Below, piece after piece: positions 48,236-60,976 of a stretch of 64,000 nucleotides of DNA. The notes beneath the pieces were generated by a model. The model was not told the origin of the DNA. It made no database searches and saw nothing but the letters and a program-made list of their open reading frames with translations. Numbering within the stretch: the first letter of the stretch is position 1; each line of letters begins with the position of its first letter. A program made the position numbers and the translations under genes. Origin of the DNA: Squalus acanthias (lineage: Eukaryota); assembly GCA_030390025.1 (NCBI GenBank), contig CM059432.1, positions 143,098,001 to 143,162,000 of the forward strand, given 5' to 3'.

Positions 48236-49159
48236 GAAATCAAGGTGGGATAGCAGCGGAGAATGGAAGAAAATTCAGAGAGTGAGGCCAGGACTGCCTC
48301 GCCGCCTGACCTGGATTTCCCTCCCCTCGTCCCACTGGGACCTTCATTGGCTCTTCCTTCACCATCCACTGCATGCAAATGGCAGCAAGGGGGGTGACGT
48401 AATAAAGACTCACTACGCACTTGAACATAAAGCAAGGCTTTAATCAACTTGTAACAAAACATGGAGGTCTAGTTAGCAGTCACTAGCTTCCTGTTTCCAG
48501 ATTGTCTCTGCCCAAGGTGGGCCTATGCCTGAGTATTTATACTCCCTGGACGGCGCCCCAGCTGGCCGCCCAGTAGTACTTCCTGAGTTGTTACTTGCGA
48601 TTTATGACAGGGGGTGCCTTGCAGATTCGCCTTACTCCTACCGCTTGCCTTGTAGGGGCCTCCTCTCCCTCCACGTAAGGCCGAGCACTTACCTGGCCTT
48701 GGCTGAGACCTTCATTGGGAGCCTTGACGAGGTCTTTGGGGGGCTCTTCTGCTCCTTTAGATGGTGGTCCAGCCTCCAGCTGCACCAGGACGCTCCACCT
48801 CACACTGCCGGGCTCCCTCTTGGCGGTAGATACACGTTACGCGCAGTGAATGTCCCCTGACCCGGGGAACTGGTACACGGCCCTCCCGGTTGGGTGGGAT
48901 TCGCCCCACCAGAACTGGGACCAGGAGAGGAGAATCCCGCTCCAGGAGTGATAATCCTGTCTAACCCAGAGAGGAAGTGAGGCCAATTAGCCACATCCTT
49001 TTACTGCGTGAAGGTTCTAGCAGACAGCAACTGTCCCAGCAAGGGGCTCCGCAAGTTAAGAGCCCTACTGATATTTTAGTCCCCTGAGGCTTTAAGGGGG
49101 TGGGATGTACTGCGAATTTCAGCTCCTGTCATATGTATTGTCATTGTCTTTTAATAAAT

Positions 49160-49703
49160 CTGTCCTGGCCGGTTTCCCAGTTTGCACCCTCCGTAAACTT
49201 GAGCCCATCCGAAACTCCGCTGTTCGCTCCAAGTCCCGTTCACCCATCACCCCCCTGTGCTCGCTAACTTACGTTGGCTCCCGGTCCGCGAATGCCTTGA
49301 TTTTAAAATTTTCATCCTTGTTTTCAAATCCCTCCATGGCCTTGCCTCTTCCTGTCCCTGTAACCTCCTCCAGCCCTGCAACCCCTCCGAGATCGCTGCA
49401 CTCCTCCAATTCTGGCCTCTTGCACCTCCCCAATTTCCTTCGCTCCATCATCGGCGGCCGTGCCTTCAGCTGCCTGGGCCCTAAGCTCTGGAATTCCCTC
49501 CCTAAACCTCTCCACCTCTCCGCCTCTCCACCTCTCTCTCTCCTCCTTAAAACCTACCTCTTTGACCAAGCTTTTTGTCATCTGTCCCAATATCTCCTTA
49601 TGTGGCTCGGTGTCACTTTTTGTCTGATAATCGCTCCTGTGAAGCACCTTGGGATGTTTGGCTGTGTTAAAGGCGCTGTATAAATGCAAGTCGTTGTTGT
49701 TGT
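49160..49703 (+). mobile_element. L2 LINE 3' fragment
   Basis: 'LRWLPVRECLDFKIFILVFKSLHGLA', 'GGRAFSCLGPKLWNSLP' and a (TTG)n tail. Confidence 0.85.
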
Positions 49704-50375
49704 GTAAATGCACAAATTGGCGGAGAGCATGGGACAGTGAACCGGGGTGTTGCGGGGGGCGGGGGGGTGCTGGTGCGGTGGTGGTAAGGGGTTCACAGTG
49801 CTGTAGCCCTATCTACAACCCCCCACTTAGATCTGGTGAGGCTCCATACAGAGACTGGAACCTCAACTCCAGCCCTCTGTATGCCCAGGCAGCTGTATGA
49901 TTCAGATTGGTGCTATGTTTGACTCGTTTATGTGACTGTAGAAACTACTTTGTGAAACAATTGCTTTATTGCGTCCTTGTGTTATGCAATGTGTCCTTGA
50001 GCCTTTAGGTTCTCATTGCCTTCTCTTGCTGGCCAAGTATTGATATTTTTCAGGTCACCTCCAGTTTTAAAGATTTAAAAGCATTCTTCTGAATTGTTAC
50101 CTGATCCTAAGTGTTATAAAAGGAGATAATTGCACATTCCTTTTTCTCATCCTTCCATGTTTCAGTTCTTTATGATTTCAAATTGCCGGACAATTTCCTT
50201 TCATGAATTAAATATGCTGCCCACCTTCTTACTGATGAGATTTTACACAAAATAGCTACTCCCCAGTTGCCTTGGTTTTAACACATAAAAACACAGAAAA
50301 AGTGAAGGATTGAGAGACACCAGCAGGTGCATAGAAAATGCTAAATGTTCTAAAGGCCGGTGTTAGTGTACTTAG

Positions 50376-50836
50376 TGGTGGCTCAGTGGGTAGTGCTCTC
50401 GCCTCTGAGTCAGAAGGTTGGGGGTTCAAGCCCCACTCCATGAGACTTGAGCCTATAATCTAGGCTGGCGTAGCACTGAGGGAGTGCTGCACTGTCGGCG
50501 GTGCCGTCTTTCGGATGAGGTGTTAAGCCGAGGCCCCGTCTGATCTCTCAGATGGATGTAAAAGATTCCATGGCATCTTATTTTGAAGAAGAGCAGGGGA
50601 GCTCTCCCCGGTGTTGTGGCCAACATTTATCCCTCGATCAATATCACTAAAAAGCCACAGATTATCTGGTCACTATTGCATTGCTGTTTGTGGGATCTTG
50701 CTGTGTTCAAATTGGCTTGCCAGGTTTCCTACATCACAACAGTACCTAGACTTCAAAACGTACTTAATTGGTTGTAAAGCACTTTGGGATGTCCTGAGGT
50801 TGTGAAAGGCGCTGTATAAAAGCAAGTCTTTCTTTC
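50376..50836 (+). mobile_element. DeuSINE (a second partial copy lies at about 51247-51555)
   Basis: Head, body and tail match the other copies. Confidence 0.88.
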
Positions 50837-51760
50837 TCAGTCCTGCATTGATGCCCTTCCCTTTAAATTTAAAATCCCCTTTCCTGATGTATTCCAGAAT
50901 AAGTCTTCATGATGTATTTCTTTGCCAGATGTTTTTTTTTTAAATGAAAGTACGCCTGACAGCATTGGAAAATGTGACAGTAGCGTGTGTATCACTTCGA
51001 CCAATCGTACTCAAAGGCATCTCTCTCTCTCTCTCTCTCTCTCTGAAGCAACATGAGGTATCTGGCAGAATTGAGACCTGCAATTAGAAGCCCAGTAAGC
51101 ATTCAAATATCATTCGACAAATAATTGTTGGCAAGTATGTCTTTGCCTGAAACCATTTGTGTTCTTGCTTAGGATCTATGTTTATAGTTAGGTATGGTGG
51201 GGATTTTACTGCAGTCATTGCAGGCATCCTTTTATACATTTTATAGACAAGTGGATGTAAAGGATCCCAAAGCGCTATTTCAAGGAAGAGCAGGGGGGAG
51301 TCATCCCCAGTGTCCTGGACCAATATTTATCCCTCAATCAACACCACTAAAACAGATTATCTGGTCATTATCATATTGCTGTTTATGGGAGCTTGCTGTG
51401 CGCAAATTGGCTGCCGCGTTTCCCACATTACAACAGTGACTCCACTTCAAAAAGTACTTTATTGGCTGTGAAGCGCTTTGGGACGTTCTGCGGTGGTGGA
51501 AGTTGCTAACAGTACTGAGGGATTGCTGCACTTAAATACAAGTACATTCTCTCTCTTTCAGTTACTGGCACCTCTTTCCAGATTTGTTATTGTGGAGACT
51601 TTAATAAAGCCTGAAAGGAACTGAGGGAGGTGTGCCAGCCCATCTGTTCATATTATCCCTGTGTCTATAAGATTTTCAAATAAGTTGTTTATTAAGTAAA
51701 GAATTTGCTTGGAATCTTACCTCAGTGTAGATAATGGAAAATTCCGACATTAAAGACAAT

Positions 51761-52797
51761 GGGCTAGAAATTCATTATAGCCCAGGAATGGGCGGTATCC
51801 CCAGTTGGGTGCTCGGGGTGACTGAATGCTTCAACAAATGCTACATACCACCATCTGTACCACAAGCTTTACACACTGCCCAAAGCACCAGACCCCCAGC
51901 ACTCACCCACCAACAATCTCTACCGACCAACACTCACACCCACATCTCACGCCTTGCACACAATGACAGCTGTTCAACTGTGGCAGGCACAAGGGTCATT
52001 GGTTATTAGAATGAATGTGATATGTTTATTCATGGAGTTTGCAATATTCTGTGGTGTCTCTCATTTGTCCTTTGCGCCCAGGAGGACGCTGTGATATGGC
52101 ACGACACAGGGATGGGATGATGGGCATGTGGTGAGCAAAAGGGATCTGGGGTTTAAGTCATCCTGGTGTGAGCCCTGATGTCCCTCCTCAGGCCTCTGCG
52201 CACATGTTCCTGTATTTCTGGCTGCCTGCACTCCCTCCACCATAGATCCTGTAGGGCGAGGTGGCGTGCCAGTACAGCCCCCATTAATGTGGCCAAGTGT
52301 AGCAGTTTGAATCCTTGAACAATAAATGTAGCCGCTTTGCACTTGCCAGAACAATGCTGATAAAAAAGAAGCTTGAAATTATTCATGCAAACTCATCCAC
52401 CAGCTGAAACTGACAAGAGACCACAGAAACTAACGTGCCCTGACAGCTGAGAATGATTAATGTGGATGCCTTTAAATAACGTCCCTGGAGCCAGCGTCCT
52501 GCAGCTGTGCGCCTGCTCTCCCTGTTGCTGTTTGGTCGAGGTGCAAAGGTAAGTGTCCATAATGAATTAGGCAGATCAGGCACCCAGTGAACATTGCACG
52601 TTCATTGACATCACAATCTGTCTGGTGTTGAAGTCCCCGGTGGTACCTCGTACCGGCGGCACAATGGGGGCGGGGGGCGGATCCGGATTTACCGTGCGTC
52701 GCTGGATTCGCCTTGCTCCGGCATTACTGCACCAGCGCCCCGTTAGCGCCAGCTGTAGGCGCTAACAGGAGGCGCTAACCAACTGAATTTTTCCCCC
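51761..52797 (-). mobile_element. Decayed Harbinger derivative with Myb-like remnant and a GC-rich MITE-type right end
   Basis: Left end GGGCTAGAAATT. The right end 'ggcgctaaccaactgaatttttcccc' has the same form as 17401-17440. Minus-strand translation includes 'FKLLHLATLMGAVLARH..L'. Confidence 0.55.
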
Positions 52798-52919
52798 TAA
52801 AGTTTGAAACTTATGTAAAATAGACCTCGCTGTATGAATGTTGGGGGAGCAGGGGGAGCTACTGATGTGATGTCATGGTAATGCCTATAATATTTGTGCT
52901 GGTGGGTTGATAGAGCCTG

Positions 52920-53399
52920 ATGATGGGGTTGCAGTATAAGAGTAAGGAAGTCTTGCTGCAATTATATAGGGCCCTGGTGAGATCACACCTGGAGTACTGG
53001 ACACAGTTTTGGTCTCCTTGCCTAAGAAAGGATATATTTGCCTTAGAGGGGGTGCAACAAAGGTTCACCAGACTGATTCCTGGGATGAGAGGCTGTCCAT
53101 TGAGGCGAGATTGAGTAGGATGGGCTTATATTCTCTGGAGTTTAGAAGAATGAGAGGTGATCTCATTGAAACGTATAAAATTCTTAGAGGGCTTGACAGG
53201 GTAGATGCTGATAGGCTGTTTCCCCTGGCTGGAGAGTCTCAAACTCGGGGTCACAGTCTCAGGATATGGGGATAGCCATTTAGGACTGAGATGAGGAGAA
53301 ATTTCTTCACTCAGAGGGTTGTGAATCTTTGGAATTCTCTACCCCAGAGGGCTGTGGATGCTGAATCGTTGAGTATATTCAAGACTGAGATCGATAGAT
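52920..53399 (+). mobile_element. CR1 3' fragment
   Basis: 'YKSKEVLLQLYRALVRSHLEYWTQFWSP...'. Confidence 0.88.
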
Positions 53400-53825
53400 G
53401 ATGGGGGAGGGGGGAGGGGAAGGGGAAGAATTTCCATAACTTTAGTGGAAGATCAGCAGGAACCCTGTAGAAATGGCATAAATGGCAATTTCCGCTGGTT
53501 TAATGCGGCTTCTGCCAGTTACAGTGGGAGATTGGGAAGATGCATGTGGCAATTCCAGAAAGGAGTAAGTGGGACCCGAGGAGGGACCGAGTTAATATGG
53601 CCTCATAGAGATTGGCTCAGTGTTAGCTTTTTGTCTGATAGCGCACCTGTGAAGTGCCTTGGGATGTTTTACTATGTTATAGGTGCTATATAAATGCAAG
53701 AGCAGTATCCCTTATTTAATTAGCGAGTATGGTTTTCTTGCAAGAGGCATGCCTGGTGGCCCAGGTTTACACGAGGTTGCTCATGAGCACTTGGTGCCCA
53801 CAGAGGTGGCAGCAATTTATTTAAA

Positions 53826-54267
53826 AAACTTGCATTTATATAGCGCCTTTCACGACCTCAGGACGTCCCAAAGCGCTTTACAGCCAATGAAATACTTTTT
53901 GAAGTGTAGTCACTGTTGTAATGTAGGAAACGCGGCAGCCAATTTGCTCACAGCAAGCTCCCACAAACAGCAATGTGATAATGACCAGATCATCTGTTTG
54001 TTTTTGTTATGTTAGTTGAGGGGTAAATATTGGCCAGGACACCGGGGATAACTCCCCTGCTCTTCTTCGAATAATGCCATGGGATCTTTTACGTCCACCT
54101 GAGAGAGCAGACGGGGCCTCGATTTAACGTCTCAGACAGTGCAGCTCTGCCTCAGTACTGCACTGGAGTGTCAGCCTAGATTTTTGTGCTCAAGTCTCTG
54201 GAGTGGGACTTGAACCCACAACCTTCGGACTCAGAGGCGAGAGTGCTGCCCACTGAATCACGACTGA
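53826..54267 (-). mobile_element. DeuSINE
   Basis: Reverse complement of the full SINE. Confidence 0.9.
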
Positions 54268-54769
54268 CATGAGTTGAACATGTTAACGATGTCAGCAGAA
54301 TTTACTGCCTGCCCTTGATTTTCACCAGAAGGATAAGAAGGGGGAAAAAAGTCTTGATTTATTACTGTGCTACTTAATTTAGTTTAGATAAACTAATTTC
54401 CTCTTGTTTTCAGTGAGGCGCGAGTCCAGCTGTGTCTCTGGCAGTTTTCACATCTGTCTCATATTTCAGCTCCGACGCTGGCGTTCCTTATCCTCCTCTA
54501 TCCCCATGCTGTTCACCATTTTAGGTGTCTATACATCTAAGTGCCACTGACAAGAAAATTAGAATATAAACTTAATGGGTTTTCCAGTGCAGAATAGCTG
54601 TGGTGGTGGCTGTGAGCCAGTATTGCTTGCCAATGGAAAATCTACCTCCACATGTCTTGATTCCATTATGGCTGCTCCTGCTTCTGTTTAAGAAAGTATT
54701 CTTGCGCCTCTCCCTCTATTATCTTGAATCTGGAAGGTTCCAGAGCTTGTTGGTATTCTCCTGCTCAAC

Positions 54770-55202
54770 AAATCTTGAATTTATATCGCACCCATCACGA
54801 CCTCAGAATGTCCCAAAGCACTTTACAGCCAATGAAGTACCTTTGAACTGTTGCAATGTAGGAAACACGGCAGTCAATTTGCACACAGCAAGCTCCCACA
54901 AACCACAATCTGTTTTTTAGTGATGTTGGTGGAGGGATAAATGTAGGGCACGACACCAGGCATACTCCCCTGCGCTTTCTTTGAAATACTGCCATGGGAT
55001 CTTTTAATTCCACCTGAGAGGGCAGGTGGGGCCTCGGTTTAACATCTTACATGAAAGACGGCACCTCTGACAGTGCAGCGCTCCCTCAGTACTGCACTGG
55101 GAGTGTCAGCCTAGATTTTTGTGCTCAAGTCTCTGGAGTGGGACTTGAACCCACAACCGTCTGATTCAGAGGCAAGAGCACTGCCCACTGAGCCATGACT
55201 GA
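54770..55202 (-). mobile_element. DeuSINE
   Basis: Reverse complement of the full SINE. Confidence 0.88.
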
Positions 55203-55601
55203 CGCCTATTGTTAAACCTAATAAGTTTTCTCCAATTTCTGTTATCTCCAGTTCTTTCCTTGTGTTTCTCTTTAGTGATCTTTGTGCGTCTGAATTAGTT
55301 TTCTGTGCTCGAATTGCCATTTGTGTTGCTGTTCTATTATCTGTAGTTTTATGCTCCATGTTTTGTCTGAGGTTCTACAGATTGCTTTAAAATGTCTTCT
55401 AGGTAGATTCTGTAGTTGCTGTTCATGGGTTTTATTTTAAACATTTCCACTCTGGTTTTCTTCTCTGCTTTACCTAGGGCTCTGAGGCCCACTGCAGTAC
55501 AGGCTCACACATGCTGGATGCCTTTCACCGCTCACTGAAGCAGTCACCCTTGCTGTGTGGCTATTCAACCAGAGTAGTCTTCACGCCCGAGCCCGATCCT
55601 G

Positions 55602-57368
55602 GGCCACGATTTCGCCGACCGAGGCGGGTCCGGGGTGGCCGGGGTCGGTGTCGCGGTCCCAGCCCACTGCCTGCTCCAGCCCGCACTCGCCAAGTGATTT
55701 TTCGTTGATTGAGCTTGTTAAGCCCGCCCTGCGAGGTTCCCGGCCAATTAATAGGAAGCGGGTCTGATGACATCATTTGAGGACGCATCATCAGCCGGTT
55801 TCCTTAAAGGGGCCATGACCAAATTGATTTTGACATTTGTGCTGTCAGTGTTCTGCAGCATTGAGGTGCTGCAAACACTGACAATCACTGCACAAAGGTA
55901 CACGGCTGCACCCAGGCTCTCCCATGACTCCCTCCATATGCTTATGGAGGGAGTCACAGCACGCAGGGAGGTTCTCTTCCCTTCCCATGGGCGGAAGAGA
56001 CCTCCCCAGGAGACCAAAGCAGCCTGGTTGCCCTTTGCACAGGAGGACACAGGCAGGGATGTTGTCAGGAGGACCAGGCTGCAGTGGCGCAAACCTTTCA
56101 ATGATCTCAGTAGATCACGAAACGTTACTGCAAAGCCCACACTCAACCTCATCTTGCTGTGCCACTCATCACATCCCCATCACTCTGCCTTCCCTATCCT
56201 ACCCCTGCACATCCTTACTCACACCAACTTACCTTGCACCTCCACCCATCCCTCTCTATCTACATTATCACATCCCCATCTCACTAGCCACCCCTCACAC
56301 TCACCCTCATCCTAGTGCAAGCATACCAACTAACAACACACAAGGGTAGGCACTTGGGTGGTTTAGCCAAAGTTCATGTGAAGTTTCTGTTAATGTGTTG
56401 TCAAACATTGAAATCTATATTTTCAACACTTTACCTTATTGGACAGATCTGTGCTCACCTTTGAAAGTGTTTAGTGAGCTCCAGTGAATGTTGAGACATA
56501 ACCCCCCCCCCCAATTGTGATGAGTGTGCATGGAATGGCTTGGTTATTGTAGGGATGCTTTATGGCGCTGGTGTGGGGTGGTGTCAACCTGGAGCATCAT
56601 GTGGCAGCCAGGGTGTACAGCGTCAAGTGAAGTAAATCTGGCCATGGTGAGGCCATTGCTGGTGTCCCGGGCAGCAATGTGGTCGGGTGCTGATGGCCTG
56701 TCTCCTGTGCAGCATCAGGTGATTACGGAGAAGGTTGGTATTGTTGGTGATGTTGGTGTGCCTGGTGATGTTGGTGCTGGGGCTGATCGTGAAGGGATTC
56801 AGAGGAGCAAGGTGAGATTGTTTCAAGGGCACCGATGTTGCTGGAATAGATGGCAGCTGAAGTTGAGATGACAGAAGCGATCTGTCAATGGTCAGAGAGC
56901 TTGCTCCAAGGAGGTGACAGATAATAGAGAGTTTACTCCAAACACTTCCAAACTGCATACAGCTCAAAAGTGTTTTCCAAGTCCTGAAGGCTCAAGCTTC
57001 TGACATTGGTAAGTGACCAGCTCTGAAATGATAGCTTTCATACCACTTTTGCAGCTGTCACCTATTCACAGCAATGGGGAGACATAGAGAACCCGACCTA
57101 CTTACCTGACGTGATCTCCGAACAACGTGAACCCCGTTAAAAAAGTGGAAAAATAGAAAAAGGCTGGCAAAATAGTAGTTAACAAGCGTTTAACACGCAT
57201 TTAACTATCTTAAATGCCTCCCCCGCCGCTTGGTGTCGGGTCTGTTCTGAAATCGCAGACCCGACATTTTGGAAACTTACATGGAGGCGGGTCGGAGCAG
57301 GTTCCCAACCCGCTGTCAATCATTTCGATTTTGACAGGTTTTAATTGAGCGCCAGCAAAATTCAGCCC
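55602..57368 (+). mobile_element. PIF/Harbinger non-autonomous element with Myb/SANT-like ORF and CTG TSD (inverted homologue of 16367-19022 lacking the nested MITE)
   Basis: ctg|GGCCACGATTTC ... AAAATTCAGCCC|ctg. ORF 55767-56315 reads 'AAPRLSHDSLHMLMEGVTARREVLFPSHGRKRPPQETKAAWLPFAQEDTGRDVVRRTRLQWRKPFNDL'. Confidence 0.85.
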
Positions 57369-58209
57369 CTGGTGTCTGACTGGTATTCTACAGGCATCTT
57401 CCAGTGCAGGTCATCGGATAGTGATCAGGAACAAGATGGTAGGTCCCAGGAGTATTGAGGCCAGTCGTACCTTGGCTGAGGACAGCTAATTCCGTGCATA
57501 CAAAGCTTCAAAAGCAACATCCTCACGGCTCTATGTGACTCAGAATGCTAGGCAGCACACTTAAACACTGAGCTGTCAGGGAGCTTGTCTGTAGCATTTG
57601 GCTGTTGCACATCGTTATATTCAGTATGCCCCAGAATTCATTCACAACTGGGGTTATTTTTTGTTCTGCATTTGTTCCACTATTCCGTGGAGAAATTCTG
57701 TGGTCGATGCCCTTTTGTGTTCTATTTTTTACCGGAACGTTTTCCTATTATTTTGCAATTGATTGGGTTTTTTCTTTCAGCTGTTGTACGGGGAAGTTGA
57801 TTAACTGGAATTGGAAGCCGTGCTGTTCTGGGTCAAAAGTTAATGAAGGCTGTGTGAGGTATCTGTGTTACGCTGGTGATAACGGCTTCATTTATGCCAT
57901 TAAGAATAATGCCACTCAGCACATTATCTTATCTATTATATAACTACCTCAGACCAAAGGCTTGACATCAAATCAATTTCAAATCAAACATTAATCAAGT
58001 CTTTTATTAATTTTTTTCCCCACTGCAAGCTGCTAAGTATCTAAGTATGAAGGAAGGAATAAACTTATTACTGTCAGTGGTACACTTTCCTTAAATGCCT
58101 GTCTAGGTGTTGATTAAAGATTCCAAGAATCCAGCCAATTATTTTGTCTAATTCTGATACCAGGAATATTTGTTCTGGCATTTATGCTCAACCTTTATCA
58201 ATCACTGAG

Positions 58210-58775
58210 TTAGGCCTCAGTTGGAGTATTATGTCCAGTTCTGAGCACCACACTTTAGGAAGGATGTCAAGGCCTTGCAGAGGATGCAGTGGAGATTTAC
58301 TAGAATGGTACCGGGGATGAGGGACTTCAGTGATGTGGAGAGACTGGAGAAACTGGGCTTGTTCTCCTTAGAGCAGAGAAGGTTAAGGGGAGATCTAATA
58401 GAGGTGCTCAAAATTATGAGGGGGTTTTAATAGAGTAAATAAGGAGACACTCTTTCCACTGGCAGCAGGGTCGGTAACCAGAGGACACAGATTTAAGATA
58501 ATTGGCAAAAGAACCAGAGGGGAGATGAGGAGAATTTTTTTACTCAGCGAGTTGTTGTGATCTGGAATGTGCTGCCTGAAAGGGCGGTGAAAGCAGATTC
58601 AATAATAACTTTCAAAAGGAAATTGGAGAAATACTTGAAAAGGAAACATTTGCTGGGCTATGGGGAAAGAGCAGGGGGAGTGGGACTAATTGGAGAGCTC
58701 TTTCAAAGAGCCGGCACAGGCATGATGGGCCGAATGGCCTCCTTCTCTGCTGTGAGATTCTATGATTCTATGATT
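58210..58775 (+). mobile_element. CR1 3' fragment
   Basis: 'ttaggcctcagttggagtattatgtccagttctg...' through to a (TTCTATGA)n tail. Confidence 0.85.
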
Positions 58776-59235
58776 TTGTGTTTTCTTGTGCAGTGAGTAT
58801 GAATTTGCAGTGTGTGGGAAAGTCACACCTCCGATTCCACCAGGCTCACTGTTGTGAGTTGAGCTCCCACATGCAGCGTAGAAACAGATTGGTGCAATAT
58901 GTAAATTCACAGTTGTGTCAGCACCGCCCACTCGTGTTTTTGTCTAAAATCTCAGCCGTGGATATTTTCACAAACACACTTCAGCTTTGACCTATCAGCT
59001 TCAAACGAGTGAGTGTAATAACGTGCACTGTCTGTCTGTCTGTCTGTCTATGTTGTGTGTGTGGGCTTCAGTCACTTTGAGTCCCATTGAAGTGGCAGGG
59101 ATCAGGAATTCAGCACCAAAAGGCAGCATTTAAGAAAAAATATTCCTCATAATTATAGGGAGGCAACAGGTGATCAAACCTTGTGAAGACTCTTCTGTCT
59201 TCTCTGGCAGTCTACTGGCAGTCTTTTTGTTCTTA

Positions 59236-60335
59236 GGCAGTCCCTCGGAAACGAGGATGACTTGCTTCCACACTAAAAATGAGTTCTCAGGTGACTGATG
59301 GGTCCGATGCGGGACCTACAGTCTCTGTCACAGGTGGAGCAGACGATGGTTGAAGGGGCAGGTGGGTGGGGTGCTTGGGTTGACGTGCACTCCTTCCGCT
59401 GTTTGCGCTTGGCTTCCGCTTGCTCCCGGCGAAGAGACTTGAGGTGTTCGGCGCCTTCCCGGATGCTTCTCCTCCACTTTGTGCGGTCTTGGGCCAGGGA
59501 TCGGTGGGGATGTTGCACTTTTTCAAGGAAGCTTTCAGGGTGTCCTTGAAGCATTTCCTCTGCCCACCTGGGGCTCTCTGGCCGTGTCAGAGCTCCGAGT
59601 AGAGCGCTTGTTTTGGGAGTCTCGTATCGGGCATGCGGACGATGTGGCCCGTCCATCGGAGCTGATCGAGCGTGGTCAAGGCTTCAATGCTGGGGATGTT
59701 GGCCTGAGCGAGAACACGGACGTTGGTGCGCCTATCCTGCCAATGGACTTGCAGGATCTTGCGGAGGCAGCGTTGGTGGTACCTCTCCAGTGCTTTGAGG
59801 TGCCTGCTGTACATGGTCCATGTCTCTGAAGCATACAGCAGGGCGGGTATCACTACTGCTCTGTAGACCGTGAGCTTGGTGCCGGGTTTGAGGTCCTGGT
59901 CTTCAAACACTCTCTTCCTCAGGTGACCGAAGGCTGCACTGGCACACTGAAGGCGGTGTTGGACTTCGTCATCGACGTCTGCCCTTGTTGACAGTAGGCT
60001 CCCAAGGTATGGAAAGTGGTCCACGTTGTCCAAGGCCTCGTCATCGATTTTTTTAATCGGGGAGCAGTACTGTGTGGCGGGGGCAGGTTGGTGGAGGACC
60101 TTTGTCTTACGGATGTTTAGTGTAAGGCCCATGCTCTCGTACGCTTCGGTGAAGGTGTTGATGATGGTTTGGAGTTTTAACTCAGAGTGTGCGCAGACGC
60201 AGGCGTCGTCTGCATACTGTAATTCGATGAGAGGATGGGACAACCTTGGATCTGGACTGGAGGCGACGGAGGTTGAACAGTTTCCCGTTTATCCTGTAGA
60301 TTAGCTCCACTCCAGTGGGGAGCTTACTGAGGGTG
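59236..60335 (-). mobile_element. RTE-clade LINE 3' fragment (RT C-terminal half)
   Basis: 'ELQYADD', 'MGLTLNIRKTKVL', 'VDHFPYLGS', 'LLYASETWT', 'QLRWTGHIVRMPDTRLPKQALY' and a C-terminal CxxC...H motif 'CSTCDRDCRSRIGPISHLRTH'. Confidence 0.9.
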
Positions 60336-60417
60336 AGATGGAGCAATGCAGCCAGGAAGTCAGTACATATATGTTCTCTGCTGTTCCAATGGGAAGTGTG
60401 CAACAGTGTTCCTTGGC

Positions 60418-60645
60418 GTAAAAACAGAAAATGCTGGAGATACTCAGCAGGTCAGGCAGCATCTGTGAAGAGAGAAACAGAGTTAACGTTTCAGGTCGAT
60501 GACCTTTCATCAGACGAAAGGTCATCGACCTGAAACGTTAACTCTGTTTCTCTCTTCACAGATGCTGCCTAACCTGCTGAGTATCTCCAGCATTTTCTGT
60601 TTTTATTTCAGATTTCCAGCATCTGCAGTATTTTCTTTTTGTATT
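60418..60645. mobile_element. Fold-back mini-insertion of PLE family B pLTR, 13-bp TSD, hammerhead core on the minus strand (60481-60513)
   Basis: AGTGTTCCTTGGC occurs at 60405-60417 and 60646-60658. The near-perfect inverted arms are about 90 bp. Confidence 0.9.
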
Positions 60646-60976
60646 AGTGTTCCTTGGCAAGCTGGTGCTGTGATGTTTCTGACCCCTGGAGGTTTTGCAG
60701 GGGGAGGGGGATGTGTCTATGGCTCGGATTTTACACTCAGTGAAGAAGGAATGGCACTCGCCGTTCAACACGCTTACAGCTGCCAAAAGATTTTCGCGGG
60801 CTTTTGAGCAGCAACTCACGGTTATTAGACAGCCATTTCACCATGGCGCCCTCTACAGGGGATCTGTGGTGTGTGTAAGCAGGTCAAGCTACAAAGTGGC
60901 TCTTCAACCAATCAGATTGAAAACTCCTCACTGAGATACAGAGGCCAGAATTTTGCGGGGGGTCATCGGGCATGAT

